Source of the DNA: an uncultured Chloroflexia bacterium
GTDB lineage: Bacteria; Chloroflexota; Dehalococcoidia; SZUA-161
NCBI GenBank assembly: GCA_963827295.1
Contig: CAWHAI010000011.1
Coordinates: 35,726-99,725, forward strand
Direction of reading: 5' to 3'
DNA: 64,000 bases
The notes under the pieces are model-generated. The model was not told the origin of the DNA, did no database searches, and saw nothing but the letters and a program-made list of their open reading frames with translations. Below, piece after piece: positions 9,937-19,305 of the stretch. The translations under genes and the position numbers were made by a program. Position 1 is the first letter of the stretch, and each line of letters begins with the position of its first letter.

Positions 9937-10149
9937 TTGGCAAGCTTGCTAACATCTGGTAGCATATCAACCATGAGTGGAAACGAAGTTAAGGCGGTTC
10001 GTCAAATACTGGAATTGAGTCAACGTGAATTTGCCAAGAAGCTAGGAGTCTCATTCGTCACTGTAGCGCGTTGGGAGACAGACCAAGCGAGGGCGTCACC
10101 GTTAGCGATAGCGCGTATCGAGGAGCTTAGGAAGTCTCGAAAGAACTGA
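9937..10149 (+). CDS. XRE-family (Cro/CI-type) HTH transcriptional regulator
   Basis: LSQREFAKKLGVSFVTVARWETDQ is the canonical HTH_3 motif. The conserved 25-bp element AATCCTTGTTCGGAATTCGACTTG lies immediately upstream. Confidence 0.7.
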   Translation: MASLLTSGSISTMSGNEVKAVRQILELSQREFAKKLGVSFVTVARWETDQARASPLAIARIEELRKSRKN

Positions 10150-10505
10150 CTCTTAATCAGTGGGTGAAGAGTCGAGGAATTCTGTAAAGCAAGTCCTTCT
10201 AGACTACCCTACTATTCAAGAATAATCCAATTTGCCACGGTCATACCCATTTTAGAGCAGAAGCCGCTGTGCTAGCACGGGATGCGATACTGATAAGACC
10301 GCGCTAACGGAAATCCCCCTCAAGCTCTAGGCCTGCGAACCGACTGCTCCCTGACCCCCGGTCGACATTTCCCTCATGCCCTAGACGGTTTGCTGACATA
10401 GCGTCACCTGGCTGAAAACCGAGCGAGTTGAAGCTGCGAGACGACCCCATACACTTCACCTTACACTGTCGATCCATCTGGAAAGATGTACCGCTCGACG
10501 AGTTG

Positions 10506-10799
10506 TTACCTCACCCCGATATGCTGTTGCGGTTCCATGCCCTTCCGCATGAGCCTAGTTATGTGGTCCTGAGTTACGCGGAAATTACTATCCAATTCGC
10601 CTATTCGCTTCGCCTGAGCGTCCGTCAAAGAGAGGCCAGGCCCCATCAACGCGCTCAGATGGAGGTTGACCTCCGCTTCAAGTTCAGCATGGTTGAACGT
10701 GGGGTCCCTGTGGGGGTCGTTAAACCAGTCACGCAATTGATTAAGCTGAAGCTCTACCTTATGTAATTCGTCGTCTATCGTGTGTAAATCGTTTAGCAT
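10506..10799 (-). CDS. Hypothetical protein (island)
   Basis: 97 aa ORF; no recognisable domain. Confidence 0.35.
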   Translation of the reverse strand: MLNDLHTIDDELHKVELQLNQLRDWFNDPHRDPTFNHAELEAEVNLHLSALMGPGLSLTDAQAKRIGELDSNFRVTQDHITRLMRKGMEPQQHIGVR

Positions 10800-10845
10800 C
10801 TGACTTCTCCCACGTGCGTTCCTGTATATCGGCTCCTGGACGCTT

Positions 10846-11097
10846 TCAATTTATGTGTATCCGTTTCTGGCTATGTTGGCTTGCTTTAGCTATCAGGGCA
10901 GCCACATCCTCACTCCTGAACCTCCGGTCGCCCCGTACGCCAACACGATATACTTTTATTAGTCCTGCGTCACTCCATCGTCTTATTGTATTTGGATGGG
11001 CGTGTAGGAGGTGGCTTACTTCGCTTATGCCTAGCATGGGGCTTAGCGTGGTATCGTTCTTGTTTCCCGGTACTATGCCTCTGGCTGCAGGCATCAT
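10846..11097 (-). CDS. Excisionase-family HTH DNA-binding protein
   Basis: ISEVSHLLHAHPNTIRRWSDAGLIKVYRVGVRGDRRFRSEDVAALI fits the 'helix-turn-helix, excisionase family' pattern. A close paralog lies at 32308-32565. Confidence 0.55.
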   Translation of the reverse strand: MMPAARGIVPGNKNDTTLSPMLGISEVSHLLHAHPNTIRRWSDAGLIKVYRVGVRGDRRFRSEDVAALIAKASQHSQKRIHIN

Positions 11098-11984
11098 TCT
11101 TCCCTTCTACCCCACCTACTAGGATCCTCCTTGATGCCTGGGGAACGTAATGTAACACTCCCAAGTCCAGCTGTCAACTATCCTTCCCCGAAAGCCTTAA
11201 ATTAGCTTGGGGTGAACAATTTTGGGGGATTTACAGTTCTAGCTACGTCTTGGCTTCGGGGGGAGTTTCACACATCCCTAAATCCTTGTTTGGAATTCCA
11301 CTTGAAACACATAATGAAAAGAGCGCACTAGACCACAATCTACGCCTCTAAGATTGGTTTCCTGCGCTGTACCGCTTAGAGCTTGACGGATTGCACGTCC
11401 CCAGAGGAATTGCTGTCTACTGTCGCCTGGCTGAAAACCGATGGCTTTGAAGCTCCAGCTAGCACCAGTGAGAAACAGTATATACCCGTCTATGTACTAT
11501 TCTCTTCTGTCGAAGCAGATACATGCCGTTTTGGCAGCGATTCATATTATAGGAGCTCCACGCAGGATAACCACGGGAGAATCATAGCTGGACTACGCCT
11601 CTGCTTGGGTTGAAGCTGATTGGCAGCATGCCATCCCCACACCGGTAATGTCGACCTTTCTGGGAAATCTTAGCTGATTTTCACTAGCTAAGAATAGGAG
11701 TGCCTGAAGCGTACTGACGAGCTGGTGCAAGGGCACGAGTATAAATCGAAAAATGTTTGGAATTCTTGCGGTTTCTTCCCATGCTTTCCACTGTGGCAGC
11801 TATCGAACCTCGAAGCTGATGTCCCGGTATAAATCGTAGAACTAATTAGTTCTTCTTTTTAGTCAATGTGTATTGACATATAAATCAGCTTCGAGTAATG
11901 TGGGTGTACTAGCACATAAGAAGGAAAATCCTAGAGCGTCTAATTATATAAAAATGAGAGGAGGAATAGCAGTGATTTTAGCTA

Positions 11985-12061
11985 TGGTGGGCGATGGAGG
12001 TCTCGAACCTCCGACCTTCTGTGTGTAAAACAGACGCTCTAACCGCTGAGCTAATCGCCCA
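11985..12061 (-). tRNA. tRNA-Val (anticodon TAC), copy 2 (native copy in the tRNA array)
   Basis: Identical 77 nt to 2239-2315. Only 1 nt separates it from tRNA-Arg. Confidence 0.85.
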
Positions 12062-12062
12062 C

Positions 12063-12139
12063 TGGCGCGCTTGGCGGGACTCGAACCCGCGACCTTAGCC
12101 TCCGCAGGGCTACGCTCTATCCAATTGAGCTACAAGCGC
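12063..12139 (-). tRNA. tRNA-Arg (anticodon reads GCG)
   Basis: Reverse complement GCGCTTGTAGCTCAATTGGATAGAGCGTAGCCCTGCGGAGGCTAAGGTCGCGGGTTCGAGTCCCGCCAAGCGCGCCA. Anticodon stem TAGCC/GGCTA, loop CTGCGGA. D-arm is Arg-like (AGCTCA..TGGATAGAG). Confidence 0.7.
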
Positions 12140-12154
12140 ATATTCTTTCAAACA

Positions 12155-12240
12155 TGGTGCCGAGGGTGAGATTTGAACTCACATGCCCTTTCGGACACTA
12201 CGCCCTGAACGTAGCGCGTCTGCCATTCCGCCACCTCGGC
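12155..12240 (-). tRNA. tRNA-Leu (anticodon CAG), class II with long variable arm
   Basis: Reverse complement GCCGAGGTGGCGGAATGGCAGACGCGCTACGTTCAGGGCGTAGTGTCCGAAAGGGCATGTGAGTTCAAATCTCACCCTCGGCACCA. Loop TTCAGGG. Confidence 0.8.
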
Positions 12241-12293
12241 TTACGCATGCCAATTATACCGTGTCAGTATTCGAGGGTCAAACCTCTATATTA

Positions 12294-13487
12294 TCACCCG
12301 TACCGTTCCACAAACCGCCCCATGCGCCTCAGCGCTTCCTCTATATCTGTCATGGCGGTAGCATAGCAGCAGCGCACATATCCCTCGCCAAACTCACCAA
12401 AGGCCAACCCCGGAACCACAGCCACTTTCTCCTCAAGGAGAAGCTTCTCAGCGAACTCCTCTGAGGATAGCCCCGTTCCCTTGACTGAGGGGAAGCAATA
12501 AAACGCGCCCTTCGGCTCAAAGCACGTAAGCCCAATATCGTTAAGTCCCTTCAGCATCACCCGGCGCCGCTGGTCATAGTCGGCAACCATTTCCTCCACG
12601 GCAGCATCACCAGCTTTCACAGCCTCGATAGCCGCCATCTGCGCTATTATGGGAGCGCAAAGCATAGTATATTGATGCACTTTAGTCATCGCCTCTATAA
12701 TCTCCGGCCTGGCAGCAGCATATCCTACCCGCCACCCCGTCATGGCATAGGATTTAGAGAAGCCACCCAGGAGGATGGTGCGATCCTTCATGTTGGGCAG
12801 AGTGGCAAAGCACGTATGCTCGACACCATATACCAGCCGATTATATATCTCGTCCGATACCACTATCAGGTCATGCTTTTGGGCTATCTCGGCTATCTCC
12901 GCTAACTCATGCCTTTCCATCACAGTCCCCGTAGGGTTATTAGGATAGCCTATAAGAATGGCTTTAGTCCGGTCGGTGATACGTTTCTTGATGTCAGCAG
13001 CCCTCACCTTGAAATCATTCTCAACCGTCGTCGGCACCGGAACAAACACACCTCCCGCAAGTACAGCGCAAGGGCCATAGGAAACGAAGGTGGGGTCAGG
13101 GGAGAGAACCTCGTCTCTAGGGTTGATAATAGACCTCATAGCCAGATCCAGCCCCTCGCTGACGCCCACGGTGATCAGTATCTCTGTCTCAGGGTTATAT
13201 TCCAGCCCATAGCGCGAGCTCAGATGTCGCGCCAGCTCCTGCCTCAACTCCAGCAGCCCCTTGTTCGAGGTGTACATGGTATAGCCTTTCTCAAGGCTGT
13301 AGATGCCTGCCTCGCTGATATGCCAAGGGGTAGTGAAGTCAGGCTCGCCGACACCTAAGGATATAACACCCTCCATCGTAGAAATAATATCAAAAAACTT
13401 CCTGATGCCTGAAGGGGAAATACTTTCAACCCGCTTCGATATAATGCCGCGGCCACGCTCTGAGCGAACCTTGAACCTGGGCGACAT
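12294..13487 (-). CDS. Pyridoxal-phosphate-dependent aminotransferase, class I (AspC family)
   Basis: 397 aa. Motifs NPTGTV and GFSKSYAMTGWRVGY (PLP-lysine motif SK). Confidence 0.85.
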   Translation of the reverse strand: MSPRFKVRSERGRGIISKRVESISPSGIRKFFDIISTMEGVISLGVGEPDFTTPWHISEAGIYSLEKGYTMYTSNKGLLELRQELARHLSSRYGLEYNPETEILITVGVSEGLDLAMRSIINPRDEVLSPDPTFVSYGPCAVLAGGVFVPVPTTVENDFKVRAADIKKRITDRTKAILIGYPNNPTGTVMERHELAEIAEIAQKHDLIVVSDEIYNRLVYGVEHTCFATLPNMKDRTILLGGFSKSYAMTGWRVGYAAARPEIIEAMTKVHQYTMLCAPIIAQMAAIEAVKAGDAAVEEMVADYDQRRRVMLKGLNDIGLTCFEPKGAFYCFPSVKGTGLSSEEFAEKLLLEEKVAVVPGLAFGEFGEGYVRCCYATAMTDIEEALRRMGRFVERYG

Positions 13488-13502
13488 GGGTAACCTCCTC
13501 TC

Positions 13503-13997
13503 CTACAAGGTCAGCGGCTGCCGCCGTCCCTTTTCTCCACCACCATCCAGAATCTCTCCATCCTCCTTATATCTCTTGAGCAAGAAGTGAGTCACAGTGC
13601 CCTGCACCGACTCCAGCGTAGCCAGCTTCTGCCAGACAAAGGCTGCCGCTTCCTGCATGGTCTTGCCCACAACGAGCACAGCCAGGTCATAGGTCCCTGA
13701 GACCAGATATACCGACCTTACCTCAGGGAAACGATAGATGCGCTCAGCGATGGCATCGAAGCCCACATTCCTCTGCGGCTGAATCTTGACCTCGATGAGG
13801 GCTTGCACCTGCTCCTCGCCCAGCCTCTCCCAGTTGACTATCGTTTTGTATTTAACGATGACGTGCTCTTTTTCTGCTTCTGCGATCGTTTTCTCGACCT
13901 CTTCCACAGGTAAACCTGTCATGGTAGCTATTTGCTCCGGCGTTGCTCTGGCATCCTTTTCCAAGGCTTTGAGAACTTCTTTATTCATGTTATTCAC
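13503..13997 (-). CDS. Lrp/AsnC-family transcriptional regulator
   Basis: N-terminal HTH (LKALEKDARATPEQIATMTGLPVEEV) plus C-terminal RAM domain. Confidence 0.8.
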   Translation of the reverse strand: MNNMNKEVLKALEKDARATPEQIATMTGLPVEEVEKTIAEAEKEHVIVKYKTIVNWERLGEEQVQALIEVKIQPQRNVGFDAIAERIYRFPEVRSVYLVSGTYDLAVLVVGKTMQEAAAFVWQKLATLESVQGTVTHFLLKRYKEDGEILDGGGEKGRRQPLTL

Positions 13998-14148
13998 CTC
14001 ACCCCTTGCCCCTCTCCTAGAAGTAGAGAGAGATTTAGTTTTGTGGGCACCCCCAAGTCCCCCGTCAATCCTCCTTAAGGGAGAACTGGACCTCCCTTAG
14101 GATTTTGAATTTAGGTCTTGGAATTTCTTCTCTGTCATTCGAGTTTGT

Positions 14149-14379
14149 TTAGCCCTTTAACAATTCGTATGCTGACCATTCATCACCACGCTCATTATAA
14201 CTAAGAACAAATAATCCGCCACCCTCGGTGCGTACCTGAAAGAGCCTTGCTCCGGGCTCCTGCCACTCCTTTTCAATTTTCTTCACCTTGTGTTCTACAC
14301 CTTCCCACACTAGAGATACTGGTCTCTCAGCATAGGTATAGCCCGAATAACAAGTGACCAGAACCGTTCTATCTGCCAT
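14149..14379 (-). CDS. Hypothetical small protein
   Basis: 76 aa ORF, codirectional and abutting gatA. Confidence 0.4.
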   Translation of the reverse strand: MADRTVLVTCYSGYTYAERPVSLVWEGVEHKVKKIEKEWQEPGARLFQVRTEGGGLFVLSYNERGDEWSAYELLKG

Positions 14380-15842
14380 CTAAAGCTTCGCCCTCCTCTT
14401 CCACCACCCCGTCGCCTGCTCGTAAGCGTAGGCGACTCGAAACAGCGTCTCCTCACAGAACGGCTTGGCCAGAATCTGCATTCCCACAGGCAAGCCATCC
14501 ACAAACCCCGCAGGCACGGATATCCCCGGGATACCAGCGATGTTTATAGGCAAGGTGCATATATCGCTCAGATACATCTGAAGCGGGTCATCCGTTTTCT
14601 CCCCGATGCGGAACGGCACCGTTGGAGAGACTGGAGTAACTAGGGCATCATACTTGGTGAAAGCCTCAGCGAACTCGCGGCTGATAAGAGTACGCACCTT
14701 CTGAGCCTTAAGATAGTAAGCCTCGTAATAACCGGCGGATAGGGCGTAAGTACCCAGCATGATGCGCCGCTTCACCTCAGGGCCGAACCCGTACTGGCGC
14801 GTCTTCGCCATAGCGTCCCACATATTCTCAGCTTCCTTTGCAGAGAAGCCATACTTAACGCCGTCGTAGCGCGCCAAGTTGGCCATAGCCTCCGATGGAG
14901 CTATTATATAGTAGCAGGCAAGCGCATACGGGGTATGAGGCAACGACACCTCCCACTCAACCTTAGCCCCCAACTCCACCAGCTTGGCTATAGCCTGCCG
15001 CATCACCTGGTCCACGCCGCTCTCCATGCCCTTGACGAAGTACTCCTTGGGCACGCCGATGCGCAGCCCTTTAAGGTCAGGGATGAGCGATTTTGTATAA
15101 TCAGGCACTGGCTGGTCGACTGACGTGGAATCCCTCGGGTCATGGCCAGCGATAACATTCATCACCAGAGCGCAATCGGTCACATCCTTGGTCAAAGGCC
15201 CTATCTGATCGAGCGAACTGGCGAAAGCGACCAGGCCGTATCTCGACACACGCCCATAGGTGGGCTTGAGCCCTACAACGCTGCAAAAGCCAGCAGGTTG
15301 GCGTATGCTGCCGCCGGTATCCGAGCCCAGGGAATAGATAGCCTCACCGGCAGCTACCGAGGCTGCTGAGCCTCCGCTGCTCCCTCCTGGTACCCGCTCC
15401 AAATCCCAAGGATTACGAGTGGGAAAGAAGGCAGAGTTCTCCGTAGAGGAACCCATAGCGAACTCGTCCATATTACCCTTGCCCACCATCACCATACCCG
15501 CAGCTTTCAACCTCTCCACAACAGTTGCATCATAGGGTGGGACAAAATTGCCCAGCATCTTAGAGGAGCAGGTGGTCTTCACCCCCTTGGTGCACATATT
15601 ATCCTTAATCAGCGCCGGGACGCCAGTCAAAGGTGACAATCACCAGCCTTAATGCGCTCATCAGCCTGTCGAGCCTGGGTAAGGGCTATATCATCGGTTA
15701 CAGTGACGAAGCAGTGCACCTTGTCTTCAACCGCACGGATACGCTCGAGCACAGCTCTGGTCAATTCAAGTGACGATAACTCACCCTTCTTGAGTAGCTG
15801 ATGCGCTTGACTGATTGTAATATCGTATTTAAGCATCCTCAA
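14380..15842 (-). CDS. gatA: Glutamyl-tRNA(Gln) amidotransferase subunit A (amidase), frameshifted near 15630
   Basis: ORF 15627-15842 is the GatA N-terminus ([11 protein letters not shown]...). ORF 14380-15639 carries the amidase signature GGSSGGSAA and PVGMQI. The split is probably an indel error. Confidence 0.85.
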
Positions 15843-17305
15843 TTTCCTTTTAATACACCCAAATACTCGCTGTACCTGACCAGGTGAGCCAGCACCTTCG
15901 CCGACATCTCCGGAGTAGCGCAGGGGGTGAGATAGTTCTGCTCAAGCTTATCATAAACACCACCCCTTCTTACAGCATCGCTGACCATAGTAGTGAAGAC
16001 CACCGGCTTCTGATACTTCTTCATCAGCTCTATGGTAGTGTCCAGATTCTTAAGCTCCTCACCCTGCGCAGCCTGCAGCATCTTATCCACCTCGTCAGTC
16101 GCCATATTGACTGCACCAACCAAGTCATCGAGAAGGCCAACCATGCCGAAGCCCCCGATAATCATGGTGATGTCTATATTATTGTCTTCTATCAGCGGCC
16201 AGAGGCTATGATAGCTGACCAGATCGCCCGCTGGGTCAACCGGGTTACTATGAGACCACCGCATCGACATCTTAGAATTCAATTTCTCCATAGTAGCCGG
16301 TGACAACGGTGGCAAATCAAGGCCCTGCTTTCTTATTGCGTCTGCGGCGACAACACCCAAGCCACCGCCCATTGATACCACACCGACACTTTTACCTCGG
16401 GGCAGAGGCTGGCCCAGCAAAGCCAGCGCAACATCGATCAGTTCGCTGATCTCCTCAACTCTGATGACCCCAGACTGCTTAAATGCAGCATCAATCACTA
16501 AATCCGACCCCGCCAGAGCGGCTGTGTGCGACCGCGCGGCCCTAGCCCCGAACTCCGTACGTGCTGCCTTCATAATAACGATGGGCTTCTTCCTGGTAAT
16601 CTCTCTAGCAAGCTCAAAAAAGCGTCTGCCTTCCCTAAAACCCTCGACGTAGCCCAGGATTACCTTTGTTTCATCATCAGCAGCAAGATACTCCAGATAG
16701 TCCTCAAAATGCAGGTCAGCCTCATTCCCGGCGCTGACGAACTTGCTGAAGCCCAGACCTACCTTCCACCCAGAATGCACTATTGAAGCGCCCGAATTTC
16801 CACTCTGCGAGATAAGCGCTACAGGGCCTTTCCTCACCGAAGGCACAAACGGCGTAGTGTAAAAATCAGCATGGGCATTGAAGTGCCCCATACAGTTCGG
16901 CCCAACAAATCGTATTCCCCCTCGCCTGGCGATCTCGACTGTTTCCCTCTGGATTTTCGCCCCTTCATCACCGGTCTCAGCGAAACCGCCGGAGATGATC
17001 ACAGCAGCCTTAACTCCCTTCTGAACACAATCCTCCATCGCAGCAGGGATCTCCCGGAATGGAATAATTATCACAGCGCAATCCACTGGAACAGGTATCT
17101 CAGCTACACTGGCATAAGCCTTCACACCGAGTACCTCAGGCTCATGTCTGTTCACAGGATAGATTTCCCTCCCGCCCTTGTTTAAGATGAGACGGAAGAT
17201 GCCGAAGCCCCATTTACCGAAGGCGTTAGACGCCCCGATCACCGCCACAGACCTGGGATTAAACAGATAATCTAACTGCTGTTTAAGATTCATGCCCTCG
17301 CTCAC
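15839..17305 (-). CDS. ADP-forming acyl-CoA synthetase / CoA-binding protein (alpha-domain, succinyl-CoA-synthetase-like), paralog 1
   Basis: 488 aa. CoA-binding Rossmann motif SVAVIGAS; CoA-ligase domain with GPNCMG and SQSGN. Confidence 0.8.
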   Translation of the reverse strand: MSEGMNLKQQLDYLFNPRSVAVIGASNAFGKWGFGIFRLILNKGGREIYPVNRHEPEVLGVKAYASVAEIPVPVDCAVIIIPFREIPAAMEDCVQKGVKAAVIISGGFAETGDEGAKIQRETVEIARRGGIRFVGPNCMGHFNAHADFYTTPFVPSVRKGPVALISQSGNSGASIVHSGWKVGLGFSKFVSAGNEADLHFEDYLEYLAADDETKVILGYVEGFREGRRFFELAREITRKKPIVIMKAARTEFGARAARSHTAALAGSDLVIDAAFKQSGVIRVEEISELIDVALALLGQPLPRGKSVGVVSMGGGLGVVAADAIRKQGLDLPPLSPATMEKLNSKMSMRWSHSNPVDPAGDLVSYHSLWPLIEDNNIDITMIIGGFGMVGLLDDLVGAVNMATDEVDKMLQAAQGEELKNLDTTIELMKKYQKPVVFTTMVSDAVRRGGVYDKLEQNYLTPCATPEMSAKVLAHLVRYSEYLGVLKGN

Positions 17306-17359
17306 GCTATTAAGAGATAATTATTCCAGAACCGTCAGCAACCTGAAGCAACCATCCCC

Positions 17360-18821
17360 TCACCCTGCTATACCCAGATATTCACTGTACTCAACCAGGC
17401 GAGCCAGTGCCTTCGCCGCCCTCTCGGGGGTAAGGAAGTGAAGCAGATGGGCATCTTCCAGCTTTTTATGTAGCTCGCCTTTTCTCGCGATGGGAATGCC
17501 CATGTTAGCCAAGATAACTGGTTTCTGATACTTGTTCATAAATTCTATTAGTTTGTCCACTTCACGGAGTTCACTATCCTCTTGGGCATCCATCCATTGC
17601 TCCACCGCATCGCTCAAAGACGAAGGAATGGTAACCCAGGAAGCATAGTTTGTGGATGCACCAGCGCCACCGATTGCCAGAGCGGCATCTACATTCTCAT
17701 CCTCTATCAGAGGCCAGAGACAATTGTAATCAAAAGGGTCTCCGCCCGTTTCTACGGGGTTCACCCGAGACCACCTCCGCGACAAGATAGAGTTCAATTT
17801 CCCGATCGTAGTTGGCGATAATGAGGGCAGCTCCAAACCTTGCCTCATCAAAGCGTCTGCCGCTATTACCGCCGCACCACCTCCAGTAGAGTACACGCCC
17901 ACCCTTCTACCTCGAGGCTTAGGTTGGCCCAGAAGAATCAAAGCCATATCGACCAATTCGCTGATCTCCTCTACCCTGATAACACCGCACTGTCTGAATG
18001 CTGACTCCGAGACCACCTCTGAACCTGCCAGAGAAGCGGTGTGTGACTGAGCTGCCCTAGCCCCAGCCTCTGTTCGCCCTGCCTTCATAATGACTATAGC
18101 TTTCTTCCTAGTAATATCTCTGGCAAGCTCGAAGAAGCGCCTGCCGTCTCTGAAACCCTCGATATAACCCAGGATAATACTTGTTTCATCGTCATTACCC
18201 AGATACTCCAGAAAATCTTCGAAGTATAGGTCAGCCTCATTTCCACTGCTAATATACTTGCTAAACCCAAGCCCTACCTCAGACGCCTGGTAAATTATCG
18301 TCTGGCTGGCATTCCCACTCTGAGTAATTAATCCCAAAGACCCTTTTTGAGCGGGCGGTAGATAAGGCACAGTGAATAGGCCGGTGGAGGTATCAAAGTG
18401 CCCCATACAGTTAGGTCCCAATAAAATGTATTCCTCCACTCCTGGCAATTTTCGTTACCTCCTCCTGTACCCTGGCCCCTTCTTTTCCTGTCTCAGCTAG
18501 ACCTCCAGAGATAATCACCGCAGCTTTGACCCCTTTCTGGACACAATCCCTCATGGCCGCAGGGATATCCAGAAACGGCACCGTTATCACAGCCATTTCT
18601 ACAGGCTCAGGTACCTCCTTTACACTCCTATAAGCTTTCATCCCCTGCACTTCGCTTTCACTCTTGTTTATGGCATAGATCTTTCTTCCGCCTTTGGTCA
18701 CCAGAATATTCAGGATATTAAAACCCCATTTCTCCATGTTGTTCGATGCCCCAATGACTGCCACCGACTTAGGATTAAACAAATACTCCCAATGATGTTC
18801 CAAGTTCATGTCAACACTCAC
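17360..18821 (-). CDS. ADP-forming acyl-CoA synthetase / CoA-binding protein, paralog 2 (frameshifted near 18430)
   Basis: ORFs 18411-18821 and 17360-18448 together are collinear with paralog 1 (SVAVIGASNN..., GPNCMGHFD, SQSGN). Confidence 0.75.
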
Positions 18822-18833
18822 GTTCGAGGAAAA

Positions 18834-19139
18834 CTACTCTAGGACTGCCCGCACCCTGAAGCAGCCGTCCTCTTCCTGCGGTGCATTAGCCAGGATTTCC
18901 TTGGGGGGGTAAGACGGTGCCACCTCGTCTTCCCGAAGCACATTTGTCAGGGCGACAGGATGAGACGTAGGAGGAACATCTGTAGTATCCACCTGTTTCA
19001 GTATCTCGAAGTTCTCCAGTATGTTGGAAAGCTGCTCCCTGAACTTCTCCACATCGGCCTCAGTGAGCCCCAGACGAGCCAGCAAAGCGATGTGCTTAAC
19101 TTCCTCTCGACTCAGTTTCAATTTGGCACCCCAAAACAA
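18834..19139 (-). CDS. gatC: Glutamyl-tRNA(Gln) amidotransferase subunit C
   Basis: LSREEVKHIALLARLGLTEADVEKFREQLSNILENFEILKQVDTTDV; GatC family, about 95 aa. Confidence 0.8.
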   Translation of the reverse strand: MFWGAKLKLSREEVKHIALLARLGLTEADVEKFREQLSNILENFEILKQVDTTDVPPTSHPVALTNVLREDEVAPSYPPKEILANAPQEEDGCFRVRAVLE

Positions 19140-19305
19140 AATCTTTTGCCAACACAGTTATGGGAAATTATATCACCCGCCGTATGTATGGGCAACAGTT
19201 TGCTTCGGTTGTAGAGGTAAGCTATAATATCGATTTAAGGTAGTTTTATGGTACTATTATCCGCTTGCGAATCTTCAAACTCTGGGTACTGAGAGGGATA
19301 CGCCG

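Larger units (their letters stand above)
2238..12061. mobile_element. Integrative island, tRNA-Val-associated (about 9.8 kb); integrase + helicase-like Rep + HTH regulators; satellite/IME-like
   Basis: A perfect 78-bp direct repeat (2238-2315 and 11984-12061) containing the full tRNA-Val brackets the region. A tyrosine integrase lies just inside the left repeat. Iteron-like repeats follow the rep gene, and low-GC cargo segments are present. Copy 2 sits in the native Val-Arg-Leu tRNA array. Confidence 0.75.

Noticed and set aside
12909-13358. Several + strand ORFs inside the aminotransferase, gatA, the ACD paralogs, leuS, nrdJ and others (for example 12909-13358, 15884-16303, 56279-56545).
   Set aside because: They are antisense to strongly supported conserved genes; typical high-GC shadow ORFs.
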